Shown: in pieces, positions 1-8,851 of the stretch
Position numbering within the stretch: position 1 is the stretch's first letter
How the letters are laid out: each line of letters opens with the position of its first letter
NCBI GenBank assembly: GCA_045862955.1
Contig: BTVI01000005.1
Location: forward strand, 1-64,000
Origin: Fimbriimonadales bacterium
GTDB taxonomy: Bacteria; Armatimonadota; Fimbriimonadia; Fimbriimonadales; JABRVX01
Direction of reading: 5' to 3'
DNA length: 64,000 bases
Translations under genes and position numbers: made by a program
The notes under the pieces: model-generated
Told to the model about the DNA's origin: nothing
Database searches by the model: none
The model's input: only the letters and a program-made list of their open reading frames with translations

Positions 1-875
1 TCATCGCTGTCGATCAGGTAGCCGGTGAAGAAGCGGGCATCGTACTTGCCGTCCCGGTTCTTCATGTCGCGCAGCACGCTGAAGTCGATCGAGTGCAGGG
101 CAACGCAGTACTCGAACTGAATCAGAGCCTCGAGGTTGTCACGAACTGCCAGCGCTTCGCGCAGGCAATCCACGACGTCCTCGGTGATCTTCGGCTTCTG
201 AGTCACGCCCGCAGCCACGGTGCTGAAGTACTCGATGTTGCAAGCGATCTGATCGCGGGTGGGAACTTCCACCTGCACGCAATACTTGACGGTCACGGGA
301 GCGCCCGTGCGGCCGGTCGAGTTGTCGCGGCGAACATAGGTCACCCAGAGGCAGTACTTCGTCAGCGGGGGCGAGAACAGCAGCGCGCGGTTGCCCAGCG
401 CTGGCTGGTCGAGCGGGATACCGAAAGCACGGTTGACCAGCGGATCGTTCAGCATGGTGCTGTCCGCATACTTCCAACCGCTGTCGAAGTTGGTGTTGAG
501 GCCGGAGCCGGGGCCGTTCACGAAGGCGGTGCACTTCCAGTACGGCGTCTCCTTGGTCACGCGAACACGCTGCACGAGAAGCGTGTAGCCCTGGCACTCG
601 ATGTCCGTTCCGGTCGCCTCGAGGACGTCGCGGATGGTCAGCCCGTCGAGGTTGATGACCTCAGGGCGGAACACCGTGAACTGGTTTTCCGTCGGATGAG
701 CGCAGATCAGATTCGGGACTTCGATCAGGTACACATCGCCGTCACGGCACCCCTCTGCTATCGTCACGCCGCTGCTAGTGGCCGACTGGCTGCCCGAAAC
801 AGGCCCGCGGACGAGCTGGCCGAAAGCACCGGTCACGAGACACAGCGCGGCAAGGCCGAGAAGCGTCTTCTTCAT
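1..875 (-). CDS. Secreted Cys-rich hypothetical protein, paralog of 2306..3247 (3' end runs off the window)
   Basis: Not in the ORF track; translated by hand: MKKTLLGLAALCLVTGAFGQ...EGCRDGDVYLIEVPNLIC...TPYWKCTAFVNGPGSGLNTNFDSGWKYAD...; signal peptide; AGGAG SD upstream; collinear with 2306..3247. Confidence 0.88.
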   Translation of the reverse strand, partial: MKKTLLGLAALCLVTGAFGQLVRGPVSGSQSATSSGVTIAEGCRDGDVYLIEVPNLICAHPTENQFTVFRPEVINLDGLTIRDVLEATGTDIECQGYTLLVQRVRVTKETPYWKCTAFVNGPGSGLNTNFDSGWKYADSTMLNDPLVNRAFGIPLDQPALGNRALLFSPPLTKYCLWVTYVRRDNSTGRTGAPVTVKYCVQVEVPTRDQIACNIEYFSTVAAGVTQKPKITEDVVDCLREALAVRDNLEALIQFEYCVALHSIDFSVLRDMKNRDGKYDARFFTGYLIDSD

Positions 876-1171
876 TATCTCTCTACTCCTTCCAAACACA
901 GGATTACATCAGTAGATCCCCGATTGGGAATCCCAACTGTTGGACACACGACAGCCGGACGCCTTCTGACGGTACGGTCCGTCTGCACTGGGTGTCTCAC
1001 CAGAGACTTCCCCACGCCGAGTGGCTGGGAGATCCTTGGCAAATTCGACGATTGGAGCATCGGCACGCGGTCACCCACGCATCGAGTTCCCTTCCCGTCT
1101 CGACCCCGCCTTTCGAGCCTTGGCTCTCCAAGCGCGACCGTCCTAACCACAGGCGCACGACCGAGGAGCGG

Positions 1172-1193
1172 CTACCCCTCACTGGCAATTATA
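1172..1193 (-). promoter_or_regulatory. Putative sigma70 -10 box (TATAAT) followed by GAGGGGTAG, about 300 nt upstream of the 1..875 gene
   Basis: The same TATAAT...GAGGGGTAG arrangement occurs at 3558-3580 upstream of the paralog. Confidence 0.55.
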
Positions 1194-1268
1194 TCGCAGG
1201 TTCGGCGCACTGCTCGGATTGCCAGCCCAATCCTGGTACTCGCACGGCGTCCCTGCAAAGATTCTCGC

Positions 1269-1298
1269 AAAACAACGGGAGGGGTCGAGCCCCTCCCG
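1269..1298 (-). terminator. Rho-independent terminator after the LolA-like gene
   Basis: CGGGAGGGG-loop-CCCCTCCCG stem followed by TTGTTTT on the minus strand. Confidence 0.75.
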
Positions 1299-1334
1299 CG
1301 CACCTAGGCTTTTGGTTTCTTCTGCGACCCGAAT

Positions 1335-2066
1335 CTACGGCTTGCCTCCTGTGCCCGATGCCGCGTCGTCCGTGGTCCCGGGCGCGCGGTTGCGGGGCCC
1401 GAGTAGCTTCTTGCCATCCCCCATATCCACGACGGTAGTCGGTGGCTTGAAGAGATCGGCAGAGATCGGCTGGTCTTTTGCGTACTTTACGTAGTCAATG
1501 CGGGTCTGATACTCGATGGTGGAAGGGTCCTTGACCTGGCTCAACGGGATGTTGGTGTTCTTGTTCTGCCCCCACTGCGCCCGAAGCGGACGCCTTGTCG
1601 CCTCTTCGATCCACAGCGTAGCAACGGTCTTCCCGTCCTTCAGCGTGTAGTTGTACTTCAGGGCCTTATAGGTCTTCCCCTCGACCTTGATCTCGGTCTT
1701 TCCGATCAGCTTGGCCTTCCAGTCCTCCAGGAACTTGTCCACGTCCTCCATGGGCCAGGTGGCGTATTGCTCGACCAGCTTGCCCTCCAATGCGGGTGAG
1801 TCATTGTTTAGGCGAACGCCGCGGTCCCCGCGGTTGACGACCACGTAAGTGCCTTTCGGGGTCGAAATGTAGGCCTGATGGAGCGTCGTTTCGTACTCCC
1901 GGCGGACGAGGTCACCGCTCTTCCACATGCTGACCGTCATTTTGAGGCGGTCGGCCTGGTACAGCTTCAGCTCGGTGTAGAAGGTCTTGGGCGTCTGAGC
2001 AGACGCCTGCATTGCGGGCAAACAGCAAGCGACGACGAGCGTCGGCAGCAGCAAGAAGCGTTTCAT
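1335..2066 (-). CDS. Secreted LolA/MucB-like beta-sheet protein
   Basis: Signal peptide MKRFLLLPTLVVACCLPAMQASAQ; TLWIEEATRRPLR and PISADLFKPP motifs typical of LolA-like folds. Confidence 0.6.
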   Translation of the reverse strand: MKRFLLLPTLVVACCLPAMQASAQTPKTFYTELKLYQADRLKMTVSMWKSGDLVRREYETTLHQAYISTPKGTYVVVNRGDRGVRLNNDSPALEGKLVEQYATWPMEDVDKFLEDWKAKLIGKTEIKVEGKTYKALKYNYTLKDGKTVATLWIEEATRRPLRAQWGQNKNTNIPLSQVKDPSTIEYQTRIDYVKYAKDQPISADLFKPPTTVVDMGDGKKLLGPRNRAPGTTDDAASGTGGKP

Positions 2067-2250
2067 CGGTTGGCTCTCCAGCTTAGGTTCCCGTTGTTGT
2101 CGCGCGCCCCGTCCGGATGGTGGAACTCGCGGCCCCTGATGCAATCTTCGGGTGCGCGGGCGAGCCTACATTACGGCCCGCGTTCGAACGCAACCTCCAA
2201 TACATTATGGACTACGCGACCCCGGGTCGGCGTGGTTCCTCATTTAGCCC

Positions 2251-2282
2251 GCAGGGGAACGGGGTTTGTCCCGTTCCCCTGC
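2251..2282. terminator. Strong hairpin downstream of 2306..3247
   Basis: GCAGGGGAACGGG / CCCGTTCCCCTGC 13-bp stem; no clear U tract. Confidence 0.5.
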
Positions 2283-2305
2283 TCACACGGCAGAACCTCT
2301 ACAGT

Positions 2306-3247
2306 CTAGTACCAAAGAGCAGCTGCAGCCATCTCGAGCAAGAGGCAGGCGATGGGCTCCTCGTCGGTATCGATCAAGTAGCCGTCGTACCAGCGGGCGT
2401 CGTACTTGCCGGCAGGCTTCGCATCGCGGAGGACGGCGAAGTCTATCGTAGTCATCGCAACGATGTACTCGAACATGATCAGGGCCTCGAGGTTGTCCGG
2501 ATTGCTCAGGGCCTCTCCGAGACCGATCTTCACGCCTTCGGTGATCTTGGGCTTCTGAGTTACGCCTGCGGCCACGGTGCTGAAGTAGTCCACTGTGCAG
2601 TAGATGTCAGCTCGCGTGGGGATCTTGACCTGGACGCAGTACTCGACGATGACGGGCGTTCCGGTGCGGCCGGTGCTGTCGTCGCGTCGAACGTAGGCCA
2701 CCTTGATGGTGTACTTGGTGTTGGGCGGCGAGAACAGCAGGGCACGGTTTCCTAGGGCTGGGCGGTCCAGCGGGATTCCGAACGCGCGGTTCAGCACCGG
2801 GTCATTCAACATCGTTCGGTCGGCATACTTCCAGCCGGTGTCGAAGTTGGTGTTGAGGCCGGAGCCGGGGCCCATTACGAACGCCGTGCACTTCCAGTAC
2901 GGGGTCTTCTTCTCGACCCGGATGGCCTGGACGAGTAGCGTGTAGCCCCGGCACTCGATGTCGGTGCCGGTGGCTTCCAGCACGTCGCGGATCGTTAGGT
3001 TGTCGAGGTTGATGACCTCGGGCCGGAAGATGAACCCTGGGCGACCGAAGTCGGTGCAGATGAGGTTCGGGACCTCGAGCACGTAGGTATCGCCTTCTCG
3101 GCATCCGGTGGCGGCATCGACTCCCGAGTTGGCCCAGACGGCCCCCGCGTTGTTTGGCGACGGATTCTTGGCTAGTGTCTGTGCAGAGGCGCCGACGCAC
3201 ATCGCGAGCGCCAGCACAGCAGGCATTGTCTTGGCAAGGATTGACAT
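2306..3247 (-). CDS. Secreted Cys-rich hypothetical protein (possible surface protein)
   Basis: 313-aa ORF; signal peptide ending ASA-Q; AGGAG SD; strong paralogy to 1..875. Confidence 0.88.
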   Translation of the reverse strand: MSILAKTMPAVLALAMCVGASAQTLAKNPSPNNAGAVWANSGVDAATGCREGDTYVLEVPNLICTDFGRPGFIFRPEVINLDNLTIRDVLEATGTDIECRGYTLLVQAIRVEKKTPYWKCTAFVMGPGSGLNTNFDTGWKYADRTMLNDPVLNRAFGIPLDRPALGNRALLFSPPNTKYTIKVAYVRRDDSTGRTGTPVIVEYCVQVKIPTRADIYCTVDYFSTVAAGVTQKPKITEGVKIGLGEALSNPDNLEALIMFEYIVAMTTIDFAVLRDAKPAGKYDARWYDGYLIDTDEEPIACLLLEMAAAALWY

Positions 3248-3557
3248 TAGGTTTTCTACTCCTTCACATCAAGCAAGATATGGGTTCAGGGCTCGGCTCC
3301 ACATCTGGGGCCTCACCGCATGGGTCGGCGATCCGCGATCCGATCTCGCTTTCCGCTTCCCCTTGCGCGTCTACATCGGGATGCTCTCAACCTCCCGTGG
3401 CGAACGGCGGCGCGAATGCACTTCCTTTCCTCTCTCCTCGAACCGTGTGCCACCGGCAGCCGGCACGTCCCGGTCACACCGGGAAGGTCGAGCAGAGCGG
3501 CGGGACGAGGGCTCACGACCCCGCTGGCAGCCGCTACGCCGTGTACATCGTTTCGGA

Positions 3558-3580
3558 CTACCCCTCCGCCCAGCATTATA
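3558..3580 (-). promoter_or_regulatory. Putative extended -10 promoter (TGATATAAT) plus GAGGGGTAG
   Basis: Shared with 1172-1193. Confidence 0.55.
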
Positions 3581-3778
3581 TCACGATACTGGATAAGTGC
3601 AGAGAGTAAAGTAACGTATCTGCGCAGTTACAGCGTAATCAAGAATAACCTACAGCCAGTATCGTTGTCATACAGCTAGTATTGCTGCATAATAAGCGGT
3701 AAAGTTGCTTGCCGGAAGTTGTGCCTGCCCGCTTCGGCAGTTCCACGAGCCGGTACCCGTCGCGGGTATAAGGAGGTC

Positions 3779-4300
3779 ATGCTGCTCCACGAACTCCCCA
3801 TCGGCCCGAATGCGCCAGCCGAGGTCAACTGCGTAATCGAGATTCCTAAGGGAAGCTCGAACAAGTACGAGTACGAGCCAGAAACCGGCACCATGCGGCT
3901 GGACCGAGTGCTGTACTCGCCTCTGCACTACCCGTGCGACTACGGCTTCATCCCGACGACGCGGTATCTCGACGGGGACCCGTTGGATGTCTTGGTGCTG
4001 GTGACCCACGCGACCTTTCCAGCTTGCGTCGTGAGCGCGCGGCCAGTCGGTGTCCTGATGATGGCGGACGACAAGGGGCCCGATGAGAAGATCCTGGCCG
4101 TCGCCGCGGGCGACCCTCGGTTTGCAGACACCCGGTCTTTATCGGGCGTCCAGGACCACCTGCGGAAGGAGCTGATCCATTTCTTCGAGGTGTATAAGGC
4201 GCTCGAGTGGAAGGCGGTCGAGGTGCTGGGCTGGAAGGACATAGACGTTGCCCTGCAGCTCATCAACAAGTTCCGTCTGGACAAACCCCAAGGGGAGTAG
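3779..4300 (+). CDS. ppa: Family I inorganic pyrophosphatase
   Basis: IEIPKGSSNKYE, YPCDYGFIP and DGDPLDVLV motifs; AAGGAGG SD. Confidence 0.97.
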   Translation: MLLHELPIGPNAPAEVNCVIEIPKGSSNKYEYEPETGTMRLDRVLYSPLHYPCDYGFIPTTRYLDGDPLDVLVLVTHATFPACVVSARPVGVLMMADDKGPDEKILAVAAGDPRFADTRSLSGVQDHLRKELIHFFEVYKALEWKAVEVLGWKDIDVALQLINKFRLDKPQGE

Positions 4301-4301
4301 G

Positions 4302-4994
4302 GTGACTCTCGACGCCATCGTCCTAGTCTCCGGCGGCCTAGATAGCTGCGTCACCGCGGCGATTGCCAGGAACGAGACCTCGCGGCTGGGTGCGCTGCAC
4401 GTGAGTTACGGGCAAAGAACAGCGGCACGCGAGTTGCGTGCGTTCGAAGAGATTGCCGACGCACTCGGGTTCGAGGATCGGCTGGTAACCGACATCGGAT
4501 ATCTGGCTCAGATCGGCGGCTCCAGTCTGACCGACCCGTCCATTCCAGTGACGGTGGCCGACCTAGAAGCTAAGTCCCCGCCCAGTTCGTATGTGCCGTT
4601 CCGCAATACCCATCTTCTCTCCATAGCCGTCTCGTGGGCCGAGGTATGCGGAGCGCGCCAGGTGTTCATTGGAGCGGTGGAAGAGGACTCGAGCGGGTAT
4701 CCGGACTGTCGCCGTGCCTACTTCGACCAGTTCGAGCGGCTAGTGGCTCTCGGTTCACGGCTCGAAGGTTTCACCGTGGCGACGCCGCTCATCGCGCTCC
4801 GGAAAAGCGACATCGTAAGAGAAGGCCTGCGACTGGAAGCGCCGTTACATCTCACCTGGTCGTGCTATTCGGAGAGCGAGGTGGCCTGCGGGGTGTGCGA
4901 CTCCTGCGCCCTCCGGCTTCGCGGGTTTCAGGAGGCCGGCGTGGAAGACCCCTTGCCCTATCGAGTGCGCCCCGACTACTCCCGTGGCCCGTAG
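4302..4994 (+). CDS. queC: 7-cyano-7-deazaguanine synthase
   Basis: SGGLDS PP-loop, YVPFRN, YPDCR and TWSCY...CGVCDSC motifs. Confidence 0.97.
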   Translation: MTLDAIVLVSGGLDSCVTAAIARNETSRLGALHVSYGQRTAARELRAFEEIADALGFEDRLVTDIGYLAQIGGSSLTDPSIPVTVADLEAKSPPSSYVPFRNTHLLSIAVSWAEVCGARQVFIGAVEEDSSGYPDCRRAYFDQFERLVALGSRLEGFTVATPLIALRKSDIVREGLRLEAPLHLTWSCYSESEVACGVCDSCALRLRGFQEAGVEDPLPYRVRPDYSRGP

Positions 4995-5323
4995 GACGCT
5001 GTCACCACGGAGCTAATGCCGCCTCGCACATTGAACTCGCCGGTTACCGTCATCCGGCGCGGCGAGCAGGCTGATACGAGGTCGTCCAGAATACGGTTCA
5101 CCACAGCCTCGTAGAAGATGCCCTGGTTTCGGAAGGAGAAGTAGTATAGCTTCAGCGACTTGAGCTCGATGCAGAGCTTGTCTGGCACGTATTCAACAAT
5201 GATCGTGGCGAAGTCCGGGTTGCCCGTCTTGGGGCAGACCGACGTGAACTCTGGGCAGACGTGCCGGATGGTGTAGTCGCGCTCTGGACAGGGATTCGGG
5301 AAGGTCTCCAGGGTGGCGGACAT
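4976..5323 (-). CDS. queF: preQ0 reductase (unimodular QueF)
   Basis: [23 protein letters not shown] and FNVRGG motifs. Confidence 0.96.
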   Translation of the reverse strand: MSATLETFPNPCPERDYTIRHVCPEFTSVCPKTGNPDFATIIVEYVPDKLCIELKSLKLYYFSFRNQGIFYEAVVNRILDDLVSACSPRRMTVTGEFNVRGGISSVVTASYGPRE

Positions 5324-5461
5324 ACCGCAATTGTACTCGTCCCGCAACCAGGTTCGTCGCGAACACACCCGGCGACGGGGTCTCCGGCTACATGCGGTGG
5401 CTCCAATTGCGTATCATTGTTCTAGCACCGCAACGCCCGATGGGCTTAGGAGTTTGATGAT

Positions 5462-7174
5462 ATGTTTCTGTGCGCCATAGCCTCCGCCATCTTCTCTCTG
5501 GCTGCGACTCAGGTCCCTATACCGCACCAGACTCTGCCATTCCAAGAGATCACCGACTTCACGCTTCGGGCCGAGTTGGTTCGAACGATGAAGGCCCTGG
5601 CCGCGAGCGACTTCGAGGCCGCCGCGCAGCATGCGGCAAGGGTCCCGCTGAACGAGCTCCGCTACTCGATCGTAGCCAACGAGGCCCCGGCTGCCGAGCG
5701 CACTGCAATCGAGAGCGCGCTGGAAGCGGGGATGAAGGCCTGGGAGACTGCTCTCGGCGGGGTGCTGAAGCTGGAGAAGGTCCCGGATGCGGGTTCGATT
5801 GGACCGAGCTCCGCGCCGTCGCGGCCTCACATTCGGCTGGTGGTGAAGAAGGGGTACAGCCTCTTCATTCAGACCGGGTCTCCGTACATGCCGGTCTCGG
5901 GGATCGGGGGACAGGACCTGGCATGGTACACGGGCCCCGACGGCCCGCGCCAGGTGCAGGCTTTGATTTACACCGACGCGGGGCCGGAAGGCACGCCACA
6001 CTCGTTGGCGCAGTACACGCATCTGGCTGCGCGCACCCTGGGCTGCTACTTCGGCCTTCGTCCGACTGCTGGAGTGCTGGGTGTGATGGGCCTCCCGACG
6101 ATGGGCCTTCCGCGAACCGCGCCGACACCTCAGGAAGCCGCGACGGTGAAGAAGATCATCGAGGACTACCTGCAGCTCTTGGCCTCGGTACGCGAGAAGA
6201 AGACCGTGGAGTTCGCGGCCCCGGTGATCAAGGTAGAGAATACGAAGGTCAACTTCGGTCGTGTGAGTGCCGAGCAGCCAAAGACCGGCGAGGTTCACTT
6301 CAGCAACGAGGGCAACCTACCTCTTCAGATATCGGTCACAGCCGACTGCAGTTGCGTAACCAAGGAGTACGATGCCAACGTGGCGCCAGGGCAGAAGGGC
6401 AAGATATCGTTCACGCTCGACAGCACGCGTTACTCGGGCCGCATTACCCGTACGCTCGGGATTAACTCCAACGACCCGGAGACCCCCTACGTCCGCATAG
6501 ATGTCGAGGCGATCGTCGAACGGGACGTGGCAACCTTCCCGCCAGGTGGGACGTCGCTGGATCTACTGCTGGACCAAGACACGGTCCACGAGTTCTTCGT
6601 GTACTCGCCGACGGGGAAGCCATTCGAGATAAAGCAAGTTTCCTGCCAGCCAGAGCGGTACCAAACCACTTTCGAGAAGGGCAAGCGGCGGTTTTCTGCA
6701 CCGGATTACCCAGACATCGGCGAGAAGGAGCACGACGGATACATCGTGCGTGTGACGATCCCCGTAACCGAAGGTCATGGTGGCTTTATGCAGGGTCGGG
6801 TGACTGTGGAGACGACGCTTTCCAGTCCACCAGTCCTCACCTACTCGCTGCGCCTGAGCAAGGGCATCCAGGTGACGCCGGGCGTCGTGCACATGAGCGT
6901 GAAGGACGGGCAGTCCGACCGCCGAGTAGTACAGCTGGAACAGAAGGGGGCCGCGTTCAAGATTCTGAATATCGAGGTCAGCTCCGACGAGATCGAAGTG
7001 AAGCAGGAGACCTTGGACGACGGGCACCGCTACCGGCTTTGGCTTAGTCCAAAGCAGAACCTGACCAAGGGACTGCGTGCTGTTCGGGTGCTCGTGACAA
7101 CCGATAGCCCCAAGCAAGCCAAGATCCCGCTCACGGTCTGGCTGAACGTCGAGGACAGCGGGGCAGGGAGCTAG
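5462..7174 (+). CDS. Secreted protein with DUF1573-like Ig domains and a degenerate metzincin-like N-terminal region
   Basis: Signal peptide; FGRV...FSNEGNLPLQI...DCSCV...APGQKGKI...SNDP pattern typical of DUF1573. Confidence 0.7.
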   Translation: MFLCAIASAIFSLAATQVPIPHQTLPFQEITDFTLRAELVRTMKALAASDFEAAAQHAARVPLNELRYSIVANEAPAAERTAIESALEAGMKAWETALGGVLKLEKVPDAGSIGPSSAPSRPHIRLVVKKGYSLFIQTGSPYMPVSGIGGQDLAWYTGPDGPRQVQALIYTDAGPEGTPHSLAQYTHLAARTLGCYFGLRPTAGVLGVMGLPTMGLPRTAPTPQEAATVKKIIEDYLQLLASVREKKTVEFAAPVIKVENTKVNFGRVSAEQPKTGEVHFSNEGNLPLQISVTADCSCVTKEYDANVAPGQKGKISFTLDSTRYSGRITRTLGINSNDPETPYVRIDVEAIVERDVATFPPGGTSLDLLLDQDTVHEFFVYSPTGKPFEIKQVSCQPERYQTTFEKGKRRFSAPDYPDIGEKEHDGYIVRVTIPVTEGHGGFMQGRVTVETTLSSPPVLTYSLRLSKGIQVTPGVVHMSVKDGQSDRRVVQLEQKGAAFKILNIEVSSDEIEVKQETLDDGHRYRLWLSPKQNLTKGLRAVRVLVTTDSPKQAKIPLTVWLNVEDSGAGS

Positions 7175-7175
7175 C

Positions 7176-8480
7176 GTGTTGGCCATTCGGTGGATCGCAG
7201 CCGCGCTGCTCGGCTGCTGCTCGGCGCTCTTGCTTAGCGGCCTCGCGCCCAGAGATGTGGCAGCGGAGGCGGATTGGACCGTCATCTTCTCGGGCGAGAT
7301 GAAGGGGAAGCTGGAGCCTTGCGGCTGCGATTCGCCACAGATGGGCGGCCTGTCGCGTAGGGCCACGCTGATCAGACAGCGACTGCACGACCCACGTCTG
7401 GTGCCTGTGGAGAACGGCGACCTGGTGGACGTGGTGAGTCGTCAGTCGGAGCTCAAACTGACTGTGCAGATGGCCTACTTCCAGGCTTTGAAATACGCAG
7501 CCGTGAACCTCGGTGCCAAGGACCTGGCGATGGGAATCCCGCTCCTGCAGACCGTCGCGCAGAGCTACAAGGTTCCTGTGTTGTGCGGAAACTTAGTGGA
7601 CGAGAACGGGGCACATCCGTTCCCTGAACACACTTTGCGCGAGGACGGCAAGGGCGGCTCGCTGATGGTCATCGGGGTGATCTCTCCGTCCAAGGCTCAG
7701 TTAGTGGAAGCCGCGTGCCCGGGCTACAGCCTAGGACCGGTGGAGCCCGCGCTCGAGCGGGCGAAGGCTGCGCTCCCCGCTGGCTCGCCGGCGATCCTCT
7801 TGTATCAAGGGGACGTGGAGGAAGCGAAGGCGATTGCCAAGAAGTCGCCCTGGCTGAAGCTCATCGTGTATTCCGATGCAGGCGGGTCCTGGAAGGAGCC
7901 GGTGACGGTCGAGGGAGTGCGGCTGGTGTACGCAGGCGACCGAGGGCGCGCCGTGGGTGAAGCAAGGATCGGCACAGACGTGACGGTAGTGAGACACAAC
8001 CTCGGCCCCGAGTTCGCAAACGACAAGCAGACTGCGACCATACGAGACATGTACATCGAGGCGGTTCGCGACGGCGGATTCATGGCCGAGTTCCCGCGGC
8101 AGCCTTTGCCCGAGAGCGTGAAGTACGTCGGGTCGAAGGTGTGCGGCGAGTGCCATGACGCTGCCTATGAGATATGGAAGAAGTCCAAGCACTCCCACGC
8201 CTACAAGACCTTGGAGGACGTGAAGCACGACTTGGACCCGGATTGCGTGTATTGCCACGTAGTCGGGATGAAGCACATCGGAGGCTTCGTGAGCATGAAG
8301 GAGACCCCGGAGCTGAAGGACGTGGGATGCGAGTCGTGCCACGGCCCGGGGAGCAAGCACGTGGCTGACTACAACGTGTCGCTGAAGACCGAGGGGGAGA
8401 AGACCTGCATCAGTTGTCACGATGCGGAGAACAGCCCCCGCTTCGACTTCGAAAAGTACTGGAAGCAGATCGAGCACTGA
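7176..8480 (+). CDS. Tetraheme cytochrome c554-like protein fused to a 5'-nucleotidase/metallophosphoesterase-like domain
   Basis: Four CxxCH motifs (CGECH, CVYCH, CESCH, CISCH); GKLEPCGC...GGLSRRAT N-terminal signature. Confidence 0.85.
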   Translation: MLAIRWIAAALLGCCSALLLSGLAPRDVAAEADWTVIFSGEMKGKLEPCGCDSPQMGGLSRRATLIRQRLHDPRLVPVENGDLVDVVSRQSELKLTVQMAYFQALKYAAVNLGAKDLAMGIPLLQTVAQSYKVPVLCGNLVDENGAHPFPEHTLREDGKGGSLMVIGVISPSKAQLVEAACPGYSLGPVEPALERAKAALPAGSPAILLYQGDVEEAKAIAKKSPWLKLIVYSDAGGSWKEPVTVEGVRLVYAGDRGRAVGEARIGTDVTVVRHNLGPEFANDKQTATIRDMYIEAVRDGGFMAEFPRQPLPESVKYVGSKVCGECHDAAYEIWKKSKHSHAYKTLEDVKHDLDPDCVYCHVVGMKHIGGFVSMKETPELKDVGCESCHGPGSKHVADYNVSLKTEGEKTCISCHDAENSPRFDFEKYWKQIEH

Positions 8481-8851
8481 CGGAAGGCGCACCGTGGACC
8501 CTCACCACTGCGAGAGTATGGGCCACTGGGGACGTCGGCCTCCGCATGGCGGTCTGGGACGCCGTGGCTGCGGTGGCTTCTTGCCAGTGACCCACCCGCT
8601 ACGAGTGGTGAGGAATATAGCACGCAACGGTCGCAGAGGGCTCGCCAAGATCGCAGGGGATCACGTTCGGAGTTCATGCCGTCTCCGAACACCTAGAGCA
8701 CATTCTTCCGGTCTATCTGCAGGCAAAACGAGGGAGTCCGCGGTGGACCGCCCTCTGCGAGTACGACGGATAGAAGCAGGAAGACCTGCAGGGGGCCGCT
8801 GTCGCCACCAGGCGCCGAACGCAGCTCCCCTCGCGTAGAATGGGCGTAGGC

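Noticed and set aside
93..1307. 404-aa plus-strand ORF
   Set aside because: Antisense shadow of the real minus-strand gene 1..875
5324..5460. preQ1 riboswitch upstream of queF
   Set aside because: A -10 box sits 6 nt from the ATG, leaving no leader, and no preQ1 consensus is seen
7300..7345. Selenocysteine codon in the EPCGC motif (selA is present)
   Set aside because: Both codons are TGC; I found no convincing in-frame TGA/SECIS gene or tRNA-Sec in the window
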